Of a stretch of 34,563 nucleotides of DNA, positions 28,789 through 34,563 are shown piece by piece. Under the pieces are notes generated by a model. The model was not told where the DNA came from, searched no databases, and saw nothing but the letters and a program-made list of their open reading frames with translations. This DNA comes from Fibrobacteria bacterium (GTDB lineage Bacteria > Fibrobacterota > Fibrobacteria > UBA11236). The DNA lies in NCBI GenBank assembly GCA_043732185.1, contig JAYTHY010000053.1:1-34563 (forward strand), written 5' to 3'. How positions within the stretch are numbered: position 1 is the first letter of the stretch; every line of letters starts with the position of its first letter. Made by a program: the position numbers and the translations under genes.

Positions 28789-30002
28789 TGGAATATCTTT
28801 TTTTTATTGCACTGGGCCTCCTGGCCCATACTTATTTTCTATACCCTCTTTCTTTGCCGGTGCTCAGCTTGTTTTTGTCCGTACCCTTTAAAGTGGGCAA
28901 CCCGAATAAATTCAAGGTGAGCATGCTCATTGCTGCGCATAATGAAGAGCGCGTTATCGAGGAAAAAATAAAGAACTCACTAGATCTCGAGTTCCCGCAG
29001 GCAAATCTTGAGGTCCTCATTGGGTCCGATGCATCCACAGACAAAACCGATGCCATCATTTCCAAATATGCGGGTCAGGTGAAACTTTTCGCCTTCAGTC
29101 AGCGCGGCGGAAAGGCTTCTGTTTTGAATCAGCTAGCCCCAAGGGCACAGGGAGAGATCCTCGTTTTTTGCGATGCCAACACCATGCTCCTAAAGAACGC
29201 GCTCCAAAAGCTTTTAGCTCACTTCGAAGACCCGAGTGTCGGCTGCGTTTGCGGTCGCCTCATCTTGCATGACTCCGGCCAGTCTGCCCTCGGAATCGGA
29301 GAGAGCATTTACTGGAACTTAGAATCGGAAATTAAAAAGCAAGAAGGCAGACTCGGCATTGTCATCGGCGCCAACGGCGGAATCTACGCCGTTCGCAAAG
29401 AGCTTTTCGAGCGGATTCCCGTCGACAAAATCGCCATGGATGATTTTTTTGTCACCACCTGCGTGCTTAAAGCGGGAAAGACGGCCATGTATGAGCCTCA
29501 AGCCATCGGCAGCGAAGAGACGTCTCTCGAAACATATGGCGAATTCCATCGGAAGGTGCGCATCAGCCAAGCGAATTTCAATCTATTGCCCCGATACCTG
29601 CCCTTACTGAACCCCTTACGAGGGCTAGTGGCCTATGGCTTTCTTTCCCATAAGCTGCTGCGTTGGCTGGCACCGGCGCTGATGATTATCCTTTTCCTGG
29701 CAAACGTGACGCTTCTGATGAAGGACTCCTTCTATGCGCTCACTTTCGTATTGCAGATTCTCCTGTACAGCTTTGCCGGACTCGGGTACCTTCGAAATGG
29801 CAAGACCCGGAAATCCAAACTGCTCCTCATCCCCTTCTACTTCGTGTCCATGAACTTGGCTTTGCTCATAGGGCTGTATCGTGCCATGTTTCGCAATGAA
29901 GGCGGCATGTGGAATCGAGTCGAACGGGCCGATGCCAAAGTGGACAGAACTTCGGAGAAAACGCTTCCCGGTAGGCTCAAGGTCAATGAGCTGTCCCCTT
30001 AG
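28788..30002 (+). CDS. Membrane glycosyltransferase family 2 (PgaC/IcaA-like)
   Basis: IAAHNEE, SDASTD, GKA, FCDAN, GANG, MDDF and C-terminal TM helices. TGATG coupling to the upstream gene. Confidence 0.9.
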   Translation: MEYLFFIALGLLAHTYFLYPLSLPVLSLFLSVPFKVGNPNKFKVSMLIAAHNEERVIEEKIKNSLDLEFPQANLEVLIGSDASTDKTDAIISKYAGQVKLFAFSQRGGKASVLNQLAPRAQGEILVFCDANTMLLKNALQKLLAHFEDPSVGCVCGRLILHDSGQSALGIGESIYWNLESEIKKQEGRLGIVIGANGGIYAVRKELFERIPVDKIAMDDFFVTTCVLKAGKTAMYEPQAIGSEETSLETYGEFHRKVRISQANFNLLPRYLPLLNPLRGLVAYGFLSHKLLRWLAPALMIILFLANVTLLMKDSFYALTFVLQILLYSFAGLGYLRNGKTRKSKLLLIPFYFVSMNLALLIGLYRAMFRNEGGMWNRVERADAKVDRTSEKTLPGRLKVNELSP

Positions 30003-30030
30003 GGATTGGATTAAGTTATCTTTCGAATTG

Positions 30031-30492
30031 ATGGGCCTCCCAAATCCCAAATTTCTCCTCGCGATCCTTCTTAGCATTTTGCCCTTTTCGGCACATGGGG
30101 GTGCGGTCCTTACGGGCACGCTTGGCGCGGATTCGCGCGATCATTTTAAGGGCGGACATTTTGCGTACAATGTCGGTTTGTTCGGCACTTTTGACGACCA
30201 GACTTTGATAGGCCTTCAGAGCGGTCAAGGCTCTCTTACTGGTTCCCAGGGCATCCCTATATTGGCCAGCGCCATGATTCGTTTGCCTATTGGGCGTATT
30301 GTGTTACCCGTTGCCACCGGTGATGTAGGATATGTCCTCGACAAGAGTCACTCTGGATTTTTATGGCGCGCAGGTGGAGGTTTTGACATCCGCAACGGCC
30401 GTAGCTCCAGTTTTCTCCTTTTGGGAAATTATGAGCGTCAGGGCTTGCTATCTGGCTGGTCTGGACGGGGCGGCATTCTCCTGGAGTTCTAA
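30031..30492 (+). CDS. Small outer-membrane beta-barrel-like hypothetical protein
   Basis: Signal peptide, Gly/aromatic alternating strands and C-terminal ...GGILLEF*. Confidence 0.65.
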   Translation: MGLPNPKFLLAILLSILPFSAHGGAVLTGTLGADSRDHFKGGHFAYNVGLFGTFDDQTLIGLQSGQGSLTGSQGIPILASAMIRLPIGRIVLPVATGDVGYVLDKSHSGFLWRAGGGFDIRNGRSSSFLLLGNYERQGLLSGWSGRGGILLEF

Positions 30493-30517
30493 AGTCCAGG
30501 CAAACCAATTTCTCGGC

Positions 30518-31903
30518 TTATTCCAGAAGTCTCGCTCGTGCCCAGGCCTCTGCGTCTGTAGCATCGGCAATCTCCCCATCCAATTGCAGTTCAAAGCTTT
30601 CAGCGATTAATTTTCCGATCTCGGGACCGGGGCGCATGCCTAAAGAGAGCAAGAATTTACCTGTGAGATAGGGCTTGGGTTTTTCTTCTAGGACGTTGAG
30701 GTCGCGGGATTGGGTCAGCAGCCATTCACCAGCGGGGAATTCTCGGGCCAAAGCGTCTGGTGTGGTCCTACCAAAGTGGTCTGCACGCGCTACGCGTACC
30801 AGTTTTTCAATATCTACACGCAAAGCCAGGCGACGGATAGCGCTGGGTTTGACTTCGTTTCGCGCTTTATACAGCATCGCTGGCTTCAGGTGCTCACGCA
30901 CAAAGACCACGACGGTATCCACCAGGGCTGTTTCGCGGGTTAGGCGATCGAGAAACCTTCTGGTGGGTCCTTCTCCTCGTACATCATGGGCCGGGCTCCT
31001 CCATCTGCCTTCAGAGAAAAAAGTAGCGGCTGGCTTACCAAAGTCATGGCAAAGCGCGCCTAGCATCAAGGCCATATTATCAAACTCGCCGTATTCTTCT
31101 CGGCGGAGCTTGGCCGCCTCATCCAGCACCATATTGTTATGTACCCAGACATCGCCTTCAGGATGCCATTCGGGATCCTGCTGCACGCCAATCAGGGCTT
31201 TAAGTTCGGGAAAGTACTCGAGCAGGTCCAGCTTACGCATCCACTCTAGGCCCACTGAAGGCCGCGGCGATTGCAAAAGAAGTTTTTTGAACTCCCCGTA
31301 AATCCTCTCCATAGGAAGTTCTTTTAAAGAAAGCTGTTTCATAAGTTCACAGGTTTCCGGGGCGATTTCCAATTCGAATCGGGCGGCAAATTGTACGGCC
31401 CTCAATACTCGCAGCGGATCTTCGGAAAAGGCGGGGGAGACGTGTCGCAAAACCCGGTTCTTAAGATCTTCAAAACCATTATGGCAGTCCACCAATTCCA
31501 TTTCCGGAATTTTAAGCCCCATGCTGTTGATGGTGAAATCGCGCCGCGAGGACGCGGTGGCAAAGTCAAGGAAGGGATCGGCTGTAACTGCAAATCCTTT
31601 GTGGCCTGGACCGGTTTTGTTTTCAGTTCTGGGAAAAGCGAAGTCGAAGTTCAGGCCATCGATGCGCATGGTGATCACACCAAAAGCCTTTCCGACCAGG
31701 TTTGGCTTGGCATATCGAACTAGGACGTTGAAAAGTTTTTCCATGTCCAGGCCATACACTTCAAGATCATAATCTTGCGAAGGCGCATTGCGGAGAAAAT
31801 CGCGTACCCATCCACCAACCAGGTAAATGGAGCCCCCGATGGCATTGATTTCACGTGCAATTTCAAGCAGGCGTTTGGGTAGGCTGTCACCGGATACAAT
31901 CAT
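30518..31903 (-). CDS. cca: CCA tRNA nucleotidyltransferase with HD domain
   Basis: VGGWVRD..DYDLE, RRDFTINSM, EDPLRVLRAVQF, ERIYGE, WHPEGDVWVH and LCHDFGK. Confidence 0.9.
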   Translation of the reverse strand: MIVSGDSLPKRLLEIAREINAIGGSIYLVGGWVRDFLRNAPSQDYDLEVYGLDMEKLFNVLVRYAKPNLVGKAFGVITMRIDGLNFDFAFPRTENKTGPGHKGFAVTADPFLDFATASSRRDFTINSMGLKIPEMELVDCHNGFEDLKNRVLRHVSPAFSEDPLRVLRAVQFAARFELEIAPETCELMKQLSLKELPMERIYGEFKKLLLQSPRPSVGLEWMRKLDLLEYFPELKALIGVQQDPEWHPEGDVWVHNNMVLDEAAKLRREEYGEFDNMALMLGALCHDFGKPAATFFSEGRWRSPAHDVRGEGPTRRFLDRLTRETALVDTVVVFVREHLKPAMLYKARNEVKPSAIRRLALRVDIEKLVRVARADHFGRTTPDALAREFPAGEWLLTQSRDLNVLEEKPKPYLTGKFLLSLGMRPGPEIGKLIAESFELQLDGEIADATDAEAWARARLLE

Positions 31904-32241
31904 GGAAGCCTTCCGCTGCCGACAGGTAATGAATCGGATTCTATTTCAGATGCTGGCGTAAAACGTTTTTCCGTTCCGTCCAGCCAACTGGAGTCTTTTT
32001 GTTCAGCTGTCTTTTGCTTGCCTTGGCAGTCCTCCAATTCCTGCTGGGCAAAGCGCAGCTGATCGCCCGTCAAATCACCATACTCGATGCGGGCTTTAAT
32101 TTCCGAACACTGTAGTTTGACTGGTGCCGCACTGCATGCCAATGATCCACAGCTGAGCGCAAGAGTGGCAGTCACAAAAGCAACTGCAAGCGCCGACTTC
32201 CTGAGTGCTGCTACCGAGACTATATTTTGAAAAAATTCCAT
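31900..32241 (-). CDS. Small exported hypothetical protein (possible lipoprotein)
   Basis: Hydrophobic N-terminus with SLA-C, two further Cys residues, and ATGA overlap with the cca start. Confidence 0.65.
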   Translation of the reverse strand: MEFFQNIVSVAALRKSALAVAFVTATLALSCGSLACSAAPVKLQCSEIKARIEYGDLTGDQLRFAQQELEDCQGKQKTAEQKDSSWLDGTEKRFTPASEIESDSLPVGSGRLP

Positions 32242-32273
32242 GGCCAGTAATCTACTTAGATCCGGAGCTTTTC

Positions 32274-33554
32274 TTGGAAGGAAATAGCAACATAGAGGCA
32301 TTCCAATTCCGCATCGCTTTCTTTTGCCTTATTGTGCTGGGAGTGGCCGTGGAATGGGCAATTCATATTCTCAATCGACGGGAAATCCTCAAGCATAGGA
32401 CGTGCCCACCGAGTCTTGCCGGACGCGAAGCCTTGTTCGATTCGGAGAATTTTTCAAAAAGCCAGGCCTATTCACTTAAACGCATGTCGTTCAGTATTTT
32501 TTTTCTGCTTTTCAACGCTGCGCTAACGTTATTAACCCTTTATTCCGGAGTGCTGCTGGGCCTTGACCAGGTTTTGCATTTCTACCTGGGCGATGGGCTT
32601 ACGCACAGCGTGCTGTTCTTGGCTGCAATCGTGGCGGTGCAAACATTGTTCAAAATTCCACTGTCCTGCTACTCTACCTTTCGAATTGAGGGTGCGTTTG
32701 GATTCAATACCATGACCTGGAAACTTTTCTGGCGCGACACCTTTATGCAATTGTTCCTGGTCTCAGCTATTGGAGTTCCCCTGCTCTATGCCTTTTTCTT
32801 TTTAATCGCCAAGGCCGGAACTGATTGGTGGCTGTGGGCATTTGGGCTCATCGTCAGCTTTCAGGTAATTGTGATGGGCATTTATCCTGTGTTTATCGCG
32901 CCCCTATTCAACCGTTTTCGCCCGCTATCGGAAGGAGAATTAAAAACCGCTTTGCTAAGTATGGCGCAGCGCCTACAGTTTCCAGCAGCCGATATTCATG
33001 TCATGAATGGCAGTTTGCGCAGCTTACATGCCAACGCGTATTTCATGGGATTCGGAAAATGGCGTCGCATCGTATTATTCGATACTCTGCTCCGTCAGCT
33101 GGAAAATCAAGAAGTACTAGGCGTGGTGGCCCATGAAATCGGGCATTATAAGCATGCCCATGTGTATAAGCAGATGTGCCTACAATCCCTTCTACTGAGC
33201 GCAATTCTATACTTGGCCTCTTTTGCAATCCACTTTCCGCCGCTAGTTGGTGCATTTGGATTTGCTGCGCAGGTGGGGCCAGCGCCGAGGGTTTTCCTTT
33301 TTCTCACCTGCCTAGCTTCCGTTTCCATCTGGATGATGCCCGTCACGAATTTTATTTCATGTCGGTTTGAGTATGCAGCCGATGCCTATGCTGTTAAGTC
33401 TTGCCGGGGCTCAGCATCCATGGGCCGGGCCTTAACGAAGCTTGCCGCAAAAAATTTTTCAAACTTGACCCCACATCCGTGGTACAGCGCTTTTTACTAC
33501 TCGCACCCAAAACTGGTAGACCGGCTTAAGGCGCTGGAAATTCCCGCATCGTAA
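32274..33554 (+). CDS. Ste24/CAAX-protease-like M48 metallopeptidase
   Basis: GGAG SD plus TTG, multiple TMs, ANAYFMGFGKWRRIVLFDTLL, HEIGH, EYAADAY and YSHP. Confidence 0.93.
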   Translation: MEGNSNIEAFQFRIAFFCLIVLGVAVEWAIHILNRREILKHRTCPPSLAGREALFDSENFSKSQAYSLKRMSFSIFFLLFNAALTLLTLYSGVLLGLDQVLHFYLGDGLTHSVLFLAAIVAVQTLFKIPLSCYSTFRIEGAFGFNTMTWKLFWRDTFMQLFLVSAIGVPLLYAFFFLIAKAGTDWWLWAFGLIVSFQVIVMGIYPVFIAPLFNRFRPLSEGELKTALLSMAQRLQFPAADIHVMNGSLRSLHANAYFMGFGKWRRIVLFDTLLRQLENQEVLGVVAHEIGHYKHAHVYKQMCLQSLLLSAILYLASFAIHFPPLVGAFGFAAQVGPAPRVFLFLTCLASVSIWMMPVTNFISCRFEYAADAYAVKSCRGSASMGRALTKLAAKNFSNLTPHPWYSAFYYSHPKLVDRLKALEIPAS

Positions 33555-33614
33555 CCGAAGTTTCCCCCCAAAAAATAGCCTCCGATTAAATTCGTAATAC
33601 AAATGGTCTATTTG

Positions 33615-33644
33615 TTGCTTCATTCCCCATTATTTTGCTAATTT
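33615..33644 (+). promoter_or_regulatory. Putative sigma70 promoter of the tRNA-tuf cluster
   Basis: TTGCTT-18 nt-TAATTT, with TG at the extended position. Confidence 0.5.
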
Positions 33645-33730
33645 TCACCCTCCCTTTAAAGTTCATCGTTTTTGGTCGAAAATCGGCACTTTGCCAGTTT
33701 TTGACCAGCAGATGAGGAGGGGCGTTTCGG

Positions 33731-33803
<73 letters not shown>

Positions 33804-33859
33804 TTTAACAATTAGGCCGAAAAGGGTCGACGGAGATAGAAAAAAGGGGTTCTTTAAAC

Positions 33860-33941
33860 GGGTGGGTGCCCGAGTGGTTAATGGGGGTGGACTGTAAATC
33901 CACTGGCTATGCCTACGGCGGTTCGAAACCGCCCCCACCCA
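33860..33941 (+). tRNA. tRNA-Tyr(GTA), CCA not encoded
   Basis: GGGTGGG/CCCACCC acceptor stem, GTGGA-CTGTAAA-TCCAC anticodon arm, long variable arm. Confidence 0.96.
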
Positions 33942-34015
33942 TTTAAAGGCTCTTTAGACAAAGGTTCAAAAAGGAAAGCAGATAGACAGGCAGTAAAAGG
34001 AAGTCAAAAAAAGAG

Positions 34016-34141
34016 TTGCCCTAGGCCGATTTGGCCAAAGCGGGGCCTGATCGCAAAGCCGCCCGAGGAGAGCGTACTATTGTACGCCGACGAGGGCAAT
34101 GCCGCGAGCAGGCCCCGCTTTGGCCAAAGCGCCTAGGGCAA
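34016..34141. repeat. 126-nt long inverted-repeat element (MITE/REP-like or structured RNA)
   Basis: Pairings 34016-34026/34131-34141 (11 bp) and 34030-34049/34109-34128 (20 bp) are perfect; apical hairpin GCGTAC-TATT-GTACGC. Confidence 0.9.
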
Positions 34142-34217
34142 GCGGGCTTAACTCAATTGGTAGAGTACCACCCTTCCAAGGTGGCTGTTGACGGTTCGAG
34201 TCCGTTAGCCCGCTCCA
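34142..34217 (+). tRNA. tRNA-Gly(TCC), CCA encoded
   Basis: GCGGGCT/AGCCCGC acceptor stem, CCACC-CTTCCAA-GGTGG anticodon arm. Confidence 0.97.
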
Positions 34218-34234
34218 CTCTTCTTCCATTATTG

Positions 34235-34309
<75 letters not shown>

Positions 34310-34465
34310 TAATGGGGGCAAAATGGACGGAATGGCAGTCAGAGTCACCTAAGTGTGTGGCCCTGCATGAATTAAGATGGAAAAGGGTGAATTTTCCCAG
34401 GAATTTTTCTATCAATTACTGCTCCAAAAAAATAAAACGACGGTTAATAGGAGGATATAGGCACC

Positions 34466-34563
34466 ATGGCCAAGGAAAAATTCAACCGCAATAAGCCGCA
34501 TGTGAACGTGGGTACCATTGGTCACGTGGATCATGGCAAGACGTCCTTGACGGCTGCCATCAC
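34466..34563 (+). CDS. tuf: Elongation factor Tu (5' part, truncated by the window)
   Basis: AGGAGG SD and [32 protein letters not shown], following the classic Thr-Tyr-Gly-Thr tRNA cluster. Confidence 0.97.
   Translation, partial: MAKEKFNRNKPHVNVGTIGHVDHGKTSLTAAI

Noticed and set aside
30518..31903. Split CC-adding/A-adding enzyme or poly(A) polymerase
   Set aside because: The flexible loop (RTENKTGPGHKGF) and RRDFTIN are present together with an HD domain, which best fits an ordinary CCA-adding enzyme. An A-adding-only role cannot be fully excluded without phylogeny.
34016..34141. Hairpin as SRP RNA, 6S RNA or intrinsic terminator
   Set aside because: It has no SRP domain IV GGAA-loop motif, is shorter than typical 6S with no large central bubble, and has no U-tract.

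Overview
Mostly a core-genome (housekeeping) window from a diderm bacterium. It encodes lipoproteins, an Omp85-type barrel and a small OM barrel. The lineage cannot be fixed from the sequence; Fibrobacterota/FCB-like is only a guess. Gene order: 3' end of proB, proA-hisI-tilS-ftsH-folP, a PhyH-type dioxygenase, a large secreted TPR protein, a DUF6174-like lipoprotein, a SWIM-SNF2 helicase converging on a low-GC SEC-C protein next to tRNA-Arg(CCG), a small WWYKD-repeat membrane protein, a catalytically degenerate secreted SNase homologue, a class-IV aminotransferase coupled to a 1128-aa HExxH-peptidase/beta-propeller/Omp85 fusion, an orphan SagB-type dehydrogenase, cysS, clpP, two tandem HDOD proteins, ftsY, a lipoprotein, trxA, a periplasmic thioredoxin, GT2, an OM barrel, the CCA-adding enzyme, a Ste24-like M48 protease, and the tRNA-Thr-Tyr-Gly-Thr-tuf cluster. 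I saw no CRISPR array, integrase, transposase or complete defence or biosynthetic cluster, and I cannot support a complete new multi-gene system. The best leads are a 126-nt nested-palindrome element abutting tRNA-Gly, the peptidase-propeller-Omp85 fusion, the pseudo-nuclease, the WWYKD protein, a tandem palindromic operator before an apparently leaderless gene, and recurrent extended -10/leaderless promoter architecture. All calls come from reading motifs by eye; no searches were run.
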